Shown here: piece after piece, positions 26,489-39,853 of the stretch
Position numbering within the stretch: the stretch's first letter is position 1
Layout of the letters: the number at the start of each line of letters is the position of its first letter
Source: the human T2T-CHM13v2.0 reference genome, Homo sapiens
DNA: 64,000 nucleotides
Assembly (NCBI RefSeq): GCF_009914755.1
Contig: NC_060926.1
Direction: 5' to 3' (one strand)
The notes under the pieces: model-generated
Database searches by the model: none
Told to the model about the DNA's origin: nothing
The model's input: the letters and a program-made list of their open reading frames with translations, nothing else
Translations under genes and position numbers: made by a program

Positions 26489-28889
26489 TTATTGAATATA
26501 TAGCACATCATGTGGTACTACAGAAAGTAAGATGAGCTCAGGCACAATTTCTATCCTTGCAATGCTTATACTTATAAAAGTATTCCAGTTCAATGAGGAT
26601 TCTTTTTTCATTTGTTAGTTCATTACCCTCTCAATAAAGGCATTTTCTGTTTCCAGTGTATTAGGATTTATGTGGGGCAACAAAAGAGGGTTTTCTCTCT
26701 TCTCCATCTTTTGTCAAATGTTTTCTTTGTTTAAAGCTAGTACAATGCCACTTTAGTTAAATCACATTTGCTTTTTTGTAATATAACTGTCATGTCAAAA
26801 CTATTGTATTATTGTGGAAGTTAGTAAATACAAAAATTGCATTTTCAGAATAAAATGACATAAAACTCATTTTTATTTTATCCTTTGACTTTCCCTATGT
26901 ATGGATCTTCCAGCAAAGTGCTACATTGAATTTTTTTCTCTGTAATTTTTCTCAGGGTCATTTGCCTATCTCTCCCTTCCCTGTACACAAGCACAAACAC
27001 CTGCCAAAGACAACCAATGAGTCCCTGGCTGGAGTCAGAGGCAACCCAGTCATGAACATTCCTGCTGAAAACCTAGTGCTTCAGGGACATGCTTGTCTCC
27101 TGCTCTCTCTAGAAGTAGTGAAAAATCTGAAGATGACACACATTGTGGGGTCCCCAGAAATGGAAAAGCTTTGGGTCATTTAATCATCACATGCACATAT
27201 GATATTGTGTGGATTCTTTTAATTGAACTTCTTTGTGGAACATTATACTGAGTGTTTGCAAATGGGAATGAACCCAAAGCTGTTTACTAGGGCATAATTT
27301 TCCCCCAGTACTGATGGACTCACACCAAGTGCAAGTACAAAATACTGACTTGGTCCTTCATGCTAGAGGGTTTCTTTAATGCAAGGGTTATATATTATAG
27401 ACTGCAGTACATCTATGGGTGTTTGATGTGTAAACATAAAGAAGTATTGAAAACAACCTTTCAGTCTGTCGGCCAAAAAAATCTTAAAAGTTTAGTTCAC
27501 CAGGATCTTTATTGGATTGGCTAGCAGTGTCTAAAATAAATGTTTCCTTTGTCAATTTTTCAGTGAATTTGTCAAAAACAAATAGAAAGATTTTCAGTGA
27601 GCTTTATTCTGTGTGTAAACACAATGCTATTTATTCATGAAAGAAAACTACTTCATGAAAACCAAATTACTACTGTGCCAACCAATTTTGTCAAAGCTCT
27701 CTTAAGGTCTATAAAATTTTTTGCAATGCATTTTGGTTTTAGAAAGATGATGGCAATTCTTTCCTCTAGATGATGTGGAAGTAATAGGCTATGATCTATA
27801 CGACTACAGGGAAACATAAAGCACAGTTTGACCCTTCCTGGCCACCTCTAGTTTGAATCAATATTGCAACTATTATATAAACAAACATAATCAAATCATT
27901 TGGAGTGTTAAGAGCCAGAGGATTGCAAAAGGCTCTGTAGGGGGTATAAGGGCTCTTTTGATTCTTTCAGATTGACTGGGGAGCTGCCTCATCTTAATGA
28001 TGCTAATTCAAACTGAAACCACTCCAAAAGGAGAGAAATGAGATATTAAGAAGCAGATGACCTTTGAATCTATTTACACTTCTGGGCAAAACCAGCAGTG
28101 AGGCTGTGAGGAGATGTGAAGGCTATTCTCTAGAAGGAGTCTTGTGTCGCCCGCACCTGCTTGAAAACACGGAGAGCCGCAGGAAAGTTTTCACAACATT
28201 GGCCTTCTATTTTTCAGGCAAACTCTGCCTCCAAACAAACAAACAAAAATTTATTTTGCTTTGTTTTGTTCCATTTTTCAAGAAAGCAATCATCTTATCA
28301 TCTTTCTGTATTGTTGCCTCCAGTAATTAGACCCAGTGTCTGGGGCCTGTCAAAAGCACTGTACTAGTTAGCCATCAAGTCACTTTAATTAAATTGAATA
28401 AATAAAGCAGTAAACATTGTTTATGGTTTATTAAAAGTGCAATTGATTGCATACTGAAATATTCAGAAACCTCTGAATAAATCAACCAGTTAGAAATTTC
28501 AATATTTTCAGACAGGGCAAATTTATCCTATAAGTACATGCAAAAGTAAAAACTAACCCCTTGTAGTCTTATATGTACAACTTTATGGAATAAGCCAAAG
28601 ACTTAGAGGGAAATTTAGAGACATTTTTTATTCATGAAAGACTAACTTATTCCAGCTTAAATTGCCCACATCTTTAGTCTTGAAAGTTTCCCAAATGATT
28701 CAAATATCCTATTAACCTATCCCTATGTCTCATAAAAACAAGACATTCTTCTTATTTAACTTAAATCCTTTCTCATACAATTATCTCTAACCTTTGGAAT
28801 GAAGGGAAATTGAGCCAGTAAGAACCATAATGAAAATGCTGTATATCTATCTTGCCCTCTATTTGTGCAGTATCCAGCTCTTTTGGCTC

Positions 28890-29850
28890 TACACAGACAG
28901 GACTCTTGCTAAGGTCACCACTTACTTGAGTACATGCCCCCCAAAATAGACATTCGTTGGTTGATAGAACTAAAGTAAGATCTAAGTTCCCAGTATCTGT
29001 AATGATATGTTAAATCAGTCTAATTGATCTGTTGACATTTTCTTAGTATCTTTAACTGCCTTTCTGAAAAAGATATCTGAGGTTGAAACCCAAGAGGCTG
29101 AGTACTGTCAGCCTCTTTTGAATTCTCCTCTTATTTGATCTTATTGCAGAGTTTAACACAAATCACCCTCCCTCTTTACCAGGCTTCCCCAGTCACTCCA
29201 CATTTGGTTCTCTAATTGTTTCTTCTTACTTCCTTTTGCTTCCTCTGTCCTCTATCCTTAGTAAATTCAGGTAATTCAGTTCTCTTTTTTTCTACATTCC
29301 TTTGGTGATCTCATCACTTCCAATGGCTTCATCAACCAGTTTACATTAACTCTTAGATTCATCTCATGGGCTTTAGCTTTCCTCCTAAACTCGATCCAAT
29401 TTCCTGCTGCTTACCAGAAGTACTAAGAGCCTACCAGGCATCACCCCTGACAAGTTTATTTCTTTCCAAACCTGCTATGCCTTTATTGGTGACATCACTC
29501 TCCATATAATGGAAAGCCCAAACCAAGGACTTCAGAGTCACCTTTATCACCCCTTACTTCCTTACCCTCTAATTATTTGGTAACCAGAATACACCTGTTA
29601 TGCTACCAAAATGTCTCTTGGTATATCTGCTCTTCTCTTTCCGCTGCCACTGACTTGGTCCTCAGAGTTTCTTATCTGGTCCACTCTTATCTGAGCAGGT
29701 CACCTCATCATCATTCTTAAACCTATCCACTCTCCTTCTGGCATTTATGCCTCAGAGATCTTTTAAAAGTATAAATCCACCTTGCAGAACAAAAACAGAA
29801 CTGACAAAATTTCTTTGATGGCTCACTTTTGCCTGCAGCTACAAATTCAA
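28890..29850 (+). mobile_element. L2 fragments
   Basis: actcttgctaaggtcacca; ttggtgatctcatcacttccaatggcttca; ctgccactgacttggtc. Confidence 0.6.
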
Positions 29851-30920
29851 CTAGCCTGTGGCGAGCACATTACACCCACTAGATACTGCAGTAGTTATCA
29901 CAGCATGCGTTATGTCTAAAGAGCATCACATTGAAGATTAGGAAAGTAGGTTCTCATCTCATATATGGGTCCATACATTTCCTCTCCAGTCCTAAGTTTT
30001 ACCATTGTAAGCAAAAGGGTTGTACTAGATGATTTCTAAGGGTCTTTCAACCTCAGATAACATTTTCAGAAAGGCAGTTAAATATAGTAAGATAATGTCA
30101 ACAGCTCAATTAGACTGCTTTGGGACATCATTACAGATATTGGGAACTTAATTCTTACTTTAGTTCTATCAACCAACAAATGTCTATTTTGGGGGTAATC
30201 TGTTTTGCATCAGGCAAGCAGGGGGGCGTAGAAGCATGAATCAGTTCTAAGCACCTAGGAACTTTTGATCTAGTTGTGAAAAAAAAAAAAAAACAGATTG
30301 TGTTACTAACCAGGATATAAAACACTCATAGTCTATACTGCTTAAATCAATGACTGAATCAATCCATAAATAAAGAGAACAAATAAATCTTCTGTGCAGA
30401 AGTATCCCAAATACTCTGTGGACATACTTGCCCTCAAGGAGGTAGAGCATAACTCCCCAACCATTAAATATGGGCTACACATCATAACTTTCTTCCAAAA
30501 GTACAGTGTGACAAGATGGGGAGTTTTAAAAAAAGAGTCACTTTACAGCAGAGAAACCTGACAAACACTACCTAGGCCAGGTGATCAAGGTTAACATCAA
30601 CAGTGATAAGGTACATTGACAGTATGTACCCGTGACATGATGTGATAAAAATAGCACTTTATTTCTGTGGTTTCCTTCCCCAAATCCCATAACCCTCTTC
30701 TAATCATGAGTAAAACAGCACACAAACCCAAATTGTGGGACACTTTACAAGATACCTTACCAGTACTCCTCAAAACACAATCAAGGTCATAGCAAAAAAG
30801 GAAAGTCTCACAAACTATCAGATTCAAGAGGAGCCTAAGGAGACATGATGACTAAATGCTGTGTGTTATCCTGGATGGGCTGCTAAAAGACAAAAAAGAC
30901 ATTAGATAAAAACTAAAGAT

Positions 30921-31211
30921 GGCCTGGGCACGGTGGCTCATGCCCGTAATCCCAGCACTTCGGGAGGCCAAGGTGGCAGATCACGAGGTTAAAAGTTTGC
31001 GAACAGTCTGGCCAACAGAGTGAAACCCAGTCTCTACTAAAAATTCAAAAAATTAGCTAGGCGTGGTGGCGGGCACCTGTAATCCCAGCTACTCGGAAGG
31101 CTGAGGCAGGAGAATCGCGTGAACCTGGGAGGTGGAGGTTTTAGTGAACCGAGATCACACCATTGCACTCCAGCCGGGGTGACAGTGTGAGACTCCATCT
31201 CAAAAAAAAAA
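30921..31211 (+). mobile_element. AluS (Sg/Sc-like)
   Basis: Full dimer; TSD aaactaaagat/aacctaaagat. Confidence 0.95.
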
Positions 31212-31228
31212 GAAACCTAAAGATATCT

Positions 31229-31426
31229 TAGCAAATTTCAAGTATATAATTAATTGTTATCAACTACAATCACTATGCTGTACATTAGGTCTCCAGGACT
31301 GATTCATCTTATAAATTTATAACTGCAAGTGTATGCCATTTGACCAACATCTCCCCTTTAGCAAAGCTCTACACTCTTGCAAAGATCTACTCTTTGTACT
31401 GACAGAGTAGATCTCAAGTCTTCTCA

Positions 31427-31466
<40 letters not shown>

Positions 31467-31614
31467 GTAACTAGGTGAGGCAATAAATATGTTAGTTTGA
31501 TTGTAGTATCATTTTACAATGTGTATGTATATCAAGATATCACTTTGTATACCTCGAATGTAATTTTTATTTGTCAATCATATCTCAATAAATTTGAGGG
31601 AAAACAGAAAAAAA
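31229..31614 (+). mobile_element. 5'-inverted (twin-primed) L1MA9/10-like 3' end
   Basis: Antisense L1MA at 31229-31357 and sense 3' end at 31404-31614, with (CA)n at ~31428-31460 and AATAAA. Confidence 0.8.
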
Positions 31615-31942
31615 TGAAATCTAACCATAGTGTGGACTTGTATTGATAATATTGTGTTATCAGTTCATTAATTGTGACAAATGTACCATGTTATGTGTAA
31701 TGTTAATAGTAGCAGAAACCAGTTATGGGGAATATGCCTGTCTATACTAGCTTCTCAATTTTTTGTACATCTAAAACTATTCTAAAAGTAAAACCTTATT
31801 TTAAAAATAGAACATTCATTCATTCGACAGACTTTTTTTTTAATGTTCATATTGTTACAACCACTTTGCCATGCACCAAGGACAAAGAAATAAATGGCAT
31901 GGAGCATACTATATGATTTAGACCAGTAACTGAGTGCAATGG

Positions 31943-32293
31943 TGTATTAGTCCATTTTCACACTGCTGATAAAGACATACCTGAGACTGGGCAATTTACA
32001 AAAGAATGAGGTTTAATTAGACTCATGGTTCCACAAGGCTGAGGAGGCCTCACAATCATGGCAGAAGGCAAGGAGGAGCAAGTCACATCTTACGTGGATG
32101 GCAGCAGGCAAAAAAAGAGCTTGTGCAGGGAAACTCCCATTTTTAAAACCGACAGATCTCGTGAGACTCATTCACCATTATGAGAACAGTGCAGGAAAGA
32201 CCCACCCTCATACTTCAATCACCTCCCACCACACGTGGGAATTGTGGGAGTTATAACACAAGATTTGGGTGGGGACACAGCCAAATCATATCA
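31943..32293 (-). mobile_element. THE1 (A/B-like) MaLR solo LTR
   Basis: tgtattagtccattttcacactgctgataaagacatacc...cacagccaaatcatatca; 5 bp TSD aatgg. Confidence 0.95.
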
Positions 32294-32589
32294 AATGGTA
32301 ATTCAGAGGAAGATGAGGTCACTTCTGGCTGGGTGTTATAGGGGAATACTGGAGAGGAAGGAGTCAAGAGTAGGCTACATCTACTTTACAATATATGGGT
32401 GAGTTTTACTTATGCCTACAAGGCAAGGAAATTTCCCCGGTAAATAGAAAAAAATAAAAATAGAATAATCAAGCAAAACAAACTCTGCACAGATCATGCA
32501 AGTGGGAAAAAGTACTAAGGTTCCCTGTAGAAGTGTCCCTCAGCAGTTGGTACACAACACAGCTGATGAGTGGTTTAGATCAGTGTTCA

Positions 32590-32940
32590 CAAACATTGAA
32601 TGTTTGTGTCCCCCCCCCAAAAAGTCCTATGTTGAAGACCAAACTCCTAATGTGATGTATGTGGAGGTGGGGCCTTTGGAAGATAATTAGATTTAGATTA
32701 ATCCATGGGGAAGGAGAAGAAGAAGAAGAAGAGACCAGATCTCTCTTTTTCTCTTACATGTTAGGACACAGCAAGACACAGCCATCTGCAAGGCAGGAAA
32801 AGGACCATTACCAAGAACCTGACCACTCTGGCACCCTGATCTTGAGCTTCTCAGCCTCCAGAACTATGACAAATAAATGACTGTTGTTTAAGCCAGGCAG
32901 TATAAGATATTTTGTTATGGCACTTGAGGAACATTAAATG
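32590..32940 (+). mobile_element. MLT1A-like solo LTR
   Basis: gaatgtttgtgtcccc; ggaggtggggcctttgg; ctggcaccctgatcttg; cagcctccagaactatgacaaataaat. Confidence 0.85.
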
Positions 32941-33297
32941 ATCAGTCAGCTGCCTACCAGCAATGCTCATCACAAAATCCTTGTGTTATGAGTGTCTTGG
33001 TTGGTACATCAGTTGGTAGAACTCGAGAAGCAATATTCCTTAGGTCCCCTGTAAAAGTCTTTTAACTTATAATATACCCATGTTCTAACATTGCCTGAAT
33101 AGTATCACAAAACAAAATCATCATGTTTGTCACTCCCCCCAAAGAAGGTAAGTCAATTAGACAGGAAGCCTGTTTGCTGCTAAGGAGGCCAGCCCTGGGG
33201 GTGAAGGACCTGTCGTTGTGTGCCTAAGATCCCCAATTATTAAGTAAGAGATATGAAGTGAGAATCTACTTTTCTTACCTCCACTGTGATGCTCTTT

Positions 33298-35960
33298 TTT
33301 TTATGTTTTTGTTTTTTCTAAAACTTTTATGTTGGGTTCAAGGGTACATGTGCCGGTTTGCTATATAGGTAAATTGCGTGTCACAGGAGTTTTGTGTGCA
33401 GATTATTTCACCATAATAGTTCTCCATGGGTTCTCCATGGGTAGTTTTCCTATCCTCGCCCTCATCTCACCTTCCACCCTCAACTAGGCCTCATTATCTG
33501 TTGTTCCCTTCTTTGTGTTCATGTGTACTCAATATTTCACTCCCACCTATAAGTGAGAACATGCAGTATTTGGTTTTCTGTTCCTGTGTTAATTTACTTA
33601 GGATAATGGCCTCACGCTCTATCCACATTGCTATGAAGGACATTATATCTTGCTTTTTATGGCTGTGTAGTATTCCACGGTGTACATGTGCCACATTTTC
33701 TTTATCCAGTCTACTGTTGATGAGCATTTAGGCTGATTCTGTGCCTTTGCTATTGTGAATAGTGCTGTGATAAACATATGTGTGCATGTCTTTATTGTAG
33801 AACAATTTATATTCCTTTGGGAATATACCTAATAATGTGATTGCTCGGTCAAATGGTAGTTGTTTTGATTTCTTTGAGAAATCACCAAACTGCTTTCCAC
33901 ATTGGCCGAACTAATTTACATTCCCACTAGCAGTGTATAAGCATTCACTTTTCTCTGCAACCTCACTATCATCTGTTATTTTTTGACTTTTCAGTAATAG
34001 CCATTCTGACTAGTGTGAGGTGTTATCTCATTGTGATTTTGATTTGCATATCTCTAATGGCTAGTGATGTTGTGTATTTTCTCATATGCTTGTTGGCTGC
34101 ATGTTTGTCTTCTTTTGAAAAGTGTCTGTTCATGTCCTTTGCCCATCTTGTAATGGGGTTATTTGTTTTTAGCTTGTTAGTTTGTTTGTAGTTAGGTTCT
34201 TTATAGATTCCTGGATATTAGACCTTTTTCACGTGCATAGCGCGCAAATATTTTCTCCCATTCTGTAGGTTGTCTGTTTACTCTGTTGATAGTTTCGTTT
34301 GCTGTGCAGGAGCTCTTAAGTTTAATTAGATCCCATTTGTCAATTTTTGTTTTGTTGTAATTGCTTTTGGAGTCTTCATCATGAAATCTTTGCCAGAGCC
34401 AATGTACAGAATGATATTTCCTAGGTTATCTTGCAGAGTTTTTATAGTTTTAGGTTTTACATTTAAGTATTTAATCCATCTTGGGTCGAGCTTTGTATGT
34501 GGTATAAGGAAAGAGTCCATTTTCAGTCTTCTGCATATGGCTAGCCGGTTATCCCAGCACCGTTTATTGAACAAGGAGTCCTTTCTACATTACTTGTTTT
34601 TGTCGACTTTGTTGAAGATCAGATGGTTGTAGATGTGTGGCTTTATTTATGCCCATAAATATCTCCCTTTATTTATGCTGGTAATGGTCTTTCCTTTCCA
34701 TGTTTAGCACTCCCTTAGGAACCTCTTGTAAGGCAGGTCTGGTGGTTATGAATTCTTTTAGAATTTGCTTGTCTGCAGAATGATCTTATTTCTCCTTCAC
34801 CTAGGAAGCTTAGTTTGGCTGGATATGAAATTTTTTGGTTGGAATTACTTTTCTTTAAGAATTCTCAGGATAGGTCCTCAATCTCTTCCAGTTTATAGAA
34901 TTTCTGCTGAAAGGTCTGCTGATGGATTTCCCTTTGTAGGTAACCTGCCCCTTCTCTCTAGTTACCTTTAACATTTTTTCTTTCATTTCGACCTTAAAGA
35001 ATATGACGACTATGTGTCTTGGGGATGGTCATCTTGTATAGAATCTCACAGAGATTCTCTGCATTTCCTGAATTTGAATGTTGGCCTCTCTAGTGAGGTT
35101 GGAGAAATTTCCATGGATGATATTCTAAAACATGTTTTCAGTTGTTTTCTTTCTCTCCCTCTCTTTCAGGGATGTCAGTGAATTATATATTTGGTCTCTT
35201 TATGTAATTCCATATTTCTCATAAATTTTGTTCATTCTTTTATTGTGTTTTCTTTATTTCTGTATGACTGAGCTATTTTGGAGAACCATTCTTCAAGTTC
35301 TGAGATTCTTTTCCCACCTTGGTCCATTCTGCTGTTAATACCTGTGACCGAATTCTGAAATTCTTGAAGTGAGTTTTTCAGTTCTAACAGCTTTGTTATT
35401 TCTTAAAGTCTAAAATTTGTCTTTCAGCTCCTGTGTCATTGTATTGTGTTCCTTAGATTTCTTGGACTAGGTTTCAGCTTCCTCTTGAATCTCAATGATC
35501 TTCATTCCTATCCATATTCTGAATTCTATTTCTGTCATTTCAGCCATTTTGGCCTAGTAAAACCAATGCTGGGGAACTAGTGCAGTTGTTTGGCACTAAG
35601 AAGACACTCTGGCTTTTTGAGTTGTCAGAGTTCTTGTACTGGATCTTTATTATCTGCGTGGGATGAAATTCCTTCAGTCTTTGAAGTTGCTATCCTTTGG
35701 ATGGGATTTTTTTGCTTTTATCTTCTTTGATTCTCCCTTCCTCGGTGTTCATTAGGGGTCAGAAACAAATCCTGGTGCTTGGTAGCCCCTTTTGGGTTCC
35801 TCATTTCCTCCCACTTCAGCCTAGCATCTGTGTCCTCCCTCCATCCATTCTTGATGCCTTCCTTCTGAATATCTGCTTGGAGTGTGGGTAGCAGTCTTCC
35901 CAGTGTCCCAGCTGGGAGGTCCTTCTGGCTGTGTCTAGTCAGCCATTTTCTCTTATTCTT
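33298..35960 (-). mobile_element. L1PA15/16-like element with both termini and two large internal deletions
   Basis: 3' end and ORF2 C-terminus at 33298-34650; ORF1 region at 34677-35725; 5' terminus (sense aaaatggctgactagacacagcc) near 35950; 13 bp TSD tgtgatgctcttt at 33285-33297 and 35961-35973. Confidence 0.85.
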
Positions 35961-38900
35961 TGTGATGCTCTTTGGATAAAATCATTAAATGCATCTGTCC
36001 TCTTTCCTCCCTCATCACCAGCCATTCCACCATCAATCTCATACAGACATTGAGGCAATATCAGGAGTGAAAACAAAAAAAAATTAAGAATTAGTAAAGC
36101 TAGAAGAGTATGGCTTCCAGGCACACTGGGATGACAGAATTTGACATGAGAAACAAGAGCAAATGACTTGAAACCAGCCTGAAAAGCTGAGTAAGATTAT
36201 CCACCTGCCCAGCACAGTTGTCTGAGGGTAGGTAAACTTGGGTTTGAGAAAGTTTGTCATCAAAATCTAAAGTCAATTCTGTTTAATACACAAGCTTAAA
36301 GGCATAAACATGGGTTCCAGGCAATACATGAAGGCAAGTAGTATGAAAACATTGTCATTCAGTGCAGAAAACAGGACGTGGAAACCAACTAACTGAGATC
36401 TGGGCTAGAGTATGGTGAGGACAAAGTCCATGTTTCTCAGGGAGATGATCAGCAGGACCAGAGAAGTTGAGAGCACTATCTAAGCACACTAGAGTTGAAT
36501 CAGCCTTCCAGTTCCTGCAGGAGAACTGAAATACTAAACCAGAACCTGAGACCAGACCAGGATTAGTGAAGGCCAGGCTCTGTGAAGATGCAGCTGTGAG
36601 TTTACTTCAGTCACAGTAAATATCAGACTACATAAACATAGCTAACCCTGGACTCTGCCTATTGCTGGAGGCCCAGAGTTAGCTGGAAACCCCACGTGTT
36701 CTTTAGTCTGCTCAGCACCGATCAGATGCTTGGTAGGGCCAAGCCTAGGGAAAGAGGCTTTCTCTAACCACAGCTGAGCAAGGCTAGAGAAGTCAGGGGC
36801 TAGCAAACAGGGCCTGTAGCCGCACAAGAGAAGGATGAGTCCTAAGCAGACAAAGTGAATTAGATTAGAAAGTTTCTGCGGCCAGGCATAACTATAGCTC
36901 TCCCTAAGTACCCACTCCTATGGAAGAAACTCACATGAAATGAATATACAGTAAGATTTGGGCAAATAAAGATACCAGCTAGGTTTTCAAAAAATATGTG
37001 TCCTGAGTATCTCCTGCTGAACAGATGGTACCATTTGCAAAACATTCAGTCTTACAAGAAGAGCAGGGGGAAGATCGATTTCTTTCATCATATAAAGGGA
37101 ACTACAGAAAAGTGAGAGAGGATACATAGCTACCCTCTAATTTTAGTCAAACAGAACCTTGTTGTTTATAACACTTTTTTTAAAATTGCCCTCACAAAAG
37201 AGATTTCCCATAATATATCTAGTAGATTGTATTCTGTGTTAAAGTATCACATGAAATCCAACAACCTGAGGGCTCATTCAGTTCTTTTAAAATCAAGCCA
37301 AACACAATTATTTTTCAGGGCCCCACAGTGATTTATCCAGAAGGAATATTCCCTTGACTGAAAGTAAAATGTTCACCCCTGTGTGCCTAATTAGGTTTTC
37401 CAGGGCACCCGGCAGACAGTGGCAACAGCCATGCTGTGCAAGTGAAATTAAGAATCAGATCGTTGTCTAGCAAGTGAGAAGTGTATCTGGCCAATTAAGA
37501 GAGTACTTTTGTTCCCACGAGTTCTAACTTTTTCAGGAGACACTCTTCATTATATTCCCTAAAGAAAAATTCTTTTAAAAATTGGATTATATGAGACTGG
37601 AATGGTAGTGTGAGCCGAGGAATGGCAAGGCTGCTGGTATGGCAAAACCAGGGATAGGCAGGACATACTTTTCTCATCAATCCGCCAGAGAGGAGCAAAT
37701 GATGGCAGCTGTCATCTCATGCCCCTTCTGCTGAAAGTGCCTGGAAGGCACAGAGAGTATCAGGGAGGTCACAGCAGCTCCTTGAAAACAGACCAGTTCT
37801 AGATGTTGTCCTAAAGTACCTTATATGTTACTTTGCAACTCAAGGACTTTCTTTACTTTTCCTTTCTTTCACTGTGAGATAATTTTCTGTGAACTCATTT
37901 TTTTATTAGCTCAGTTTGAAGACTTGTTCATTTTAAAGATTAAGGATATGGGCATTGGAGACTGCATGGAAATGCTCTACTGCTGGTGCCTTCTGCTTTC
38001 CCCAATATATAGTGTTCAAATGTGTTCACATTTCTGAAAAGGAGTACATCCTGGAAAGGGATTGGAGAAGGATGACTTATCAGAGGGAGTAAAATAATTC
38101 CAGGCACATGGATTTATACCAGAACATCTGCTTTACAGACCCTCTCCATAGAAAGCTAGAGAGTCTTGAAAATAAGAACACAAACTCTCAATTTGATCAA
38201 GAAGACACTTCAGCAGCTGTAGCTTGGGTATGCTTTTGTCTTTGTTTTTGTTTTTCCCAAGGGATATAGAAAATAAAGAGAAAATCCAGGCTGTTCGTCA
38301 ACAAAAGAAACATCTACTGACCTATCTGCTGTCTAAAGCATTAGTTTTGCGGCTCTCCAATTACCTGTGCATATTGCATATTTACTTCTCTTGCCTCTGC
38401 TCTTTAAGAACAGGAATCTCCTCTGGGAGAGATGAAGACATTTCTCATTCTGAGGAATATGTGCCAACTCGCCAGCTAAGGACCTTGAACAAACACAATA
38501 AACATTTGCTCCCTTAGGACCTGTCACTCGATATTGTTCAGTCTCCCAGAAATAAAAGACTTAGATGCACTCATGAGCATGCAAAGCCTTGGATTTTGTC
38601 TTCTTGTGTTAGTATCTGTAAATCTGGGAAAGCCTAACAATTATTTATTTCCAAAAGAATATTTAATTCTGATTTCCCATTAATATATACAAATATGATA
38701 TTTACTTTGAAAGAGTTTCAAAGCTATAGGAATGAATAATATGAGTTCTTAAAATACATAATAGAGTTATGGATAATACTTATTTTCATAAATGAATATT
38801 ACATGTCATTTTTAAGACTATTTGTATTCTGATTTCCTCAATAGTTTACTCAAGGGATCAATTAGCGAATCTCATCTTCTAAAATTAGATTTTAGTTTCC

Positions 38901-39411
38901 ATCTCTTTAAGAGAAGATGATGAATAATATAGATATTGATTTCCAAATTTGTTGATTTCAAGGAGAATGAGATGCAGAAAGGACCTTAATTTTCACATAA
39001 TTGATTTTAAACAACCCATTTATACAAATAATGTTTGATAAAAGATTCATTAAATTACATGAAAATAGTACTGACTCATTAGCATAAAATATAATGTATA
39101 GGATATTTTGCAGCCTTAGGTAGTCATTATTCCTGTCAATTTTTTAAAATAAATTATCAACACCATTGCAGAGTCAAATAACTTCTTAATCCAATAAACA
39201 TTTACTCTAAATGCTAGAGGGGAAAATCTCTGCCCAGATAGTTTGGAAAAAGTAGTGTTTTTTTGCTATTTACTGTGTGAGAAGAGCAGAAGGAAATGGG
39301 GACATAGAAGAGGAAAAAAGGATCAGGAGTGGAGAATCTTCACTGGATTGCTGTAGGGCCAGTCTCTTTTAAACTCGAAAACTCCATGACTCTTACATGC
39401 ATTACAGTGGC

Positions 39412-39415
39412 CTTT

Positions 39416-39450
<35 letters not shown>

Positions 39451-39853
39451 TTTTTTATTATACTTTAAGTTCTGGGATACATGTGCAGAACATGCAGGTT
39501 TGTTACATAGGTATATACATGCCATGGTGGTTTGCTGTACCCATCAACCTGTCATCTACATTAGGTATTTCTCCTAATGCTCTCCCTCCTGTAGCACCCC
39601 ACACGCCGACAGGCCCTGGTGTGTGATGTTCCCCTCCCTGTTTCCATGTATTCTCATTGTTCAACTCCCACTCATGAGTGAGAACATGTGGTATTTGGTT
39701 CTCTGTTACTTTACAGAGAATGATGGTTTCCAGCTTCATCCATGTCCCTGCAAAGGAAATGAACTCATCCTTTTTTATGGCTGCATAGTATTCCATGGTG
39801 TATATGTGCCACATTTACTTTATCCAGTCTATCATTGATGGGCGTTTGGGTTA
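39412..39853 (-). mobile_element. L1PA7/8-like 3' end with (TTTA)n tail
   Basis: ttatactttaagttctgggatacatgtgcagaac; gtgtgatgttcccctccctg; ORF 39503-39814 matches the L1 ORF2 C-terminus (WHIYTMEYYAAIKK). Confidence 0.93.

Larger units (their letters stand above)
30295..31808 (+). mobile_element. L1MC3/4-like 3' UTR interrupted by an Alu and an inverted L1MA
   Basis: gagaaacctgacaaacactacc; ccagtactcctcaaaac; gagacatgatgactaaatg; tgtacatctaaaactattctaaaa. Confidence 0.82.
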
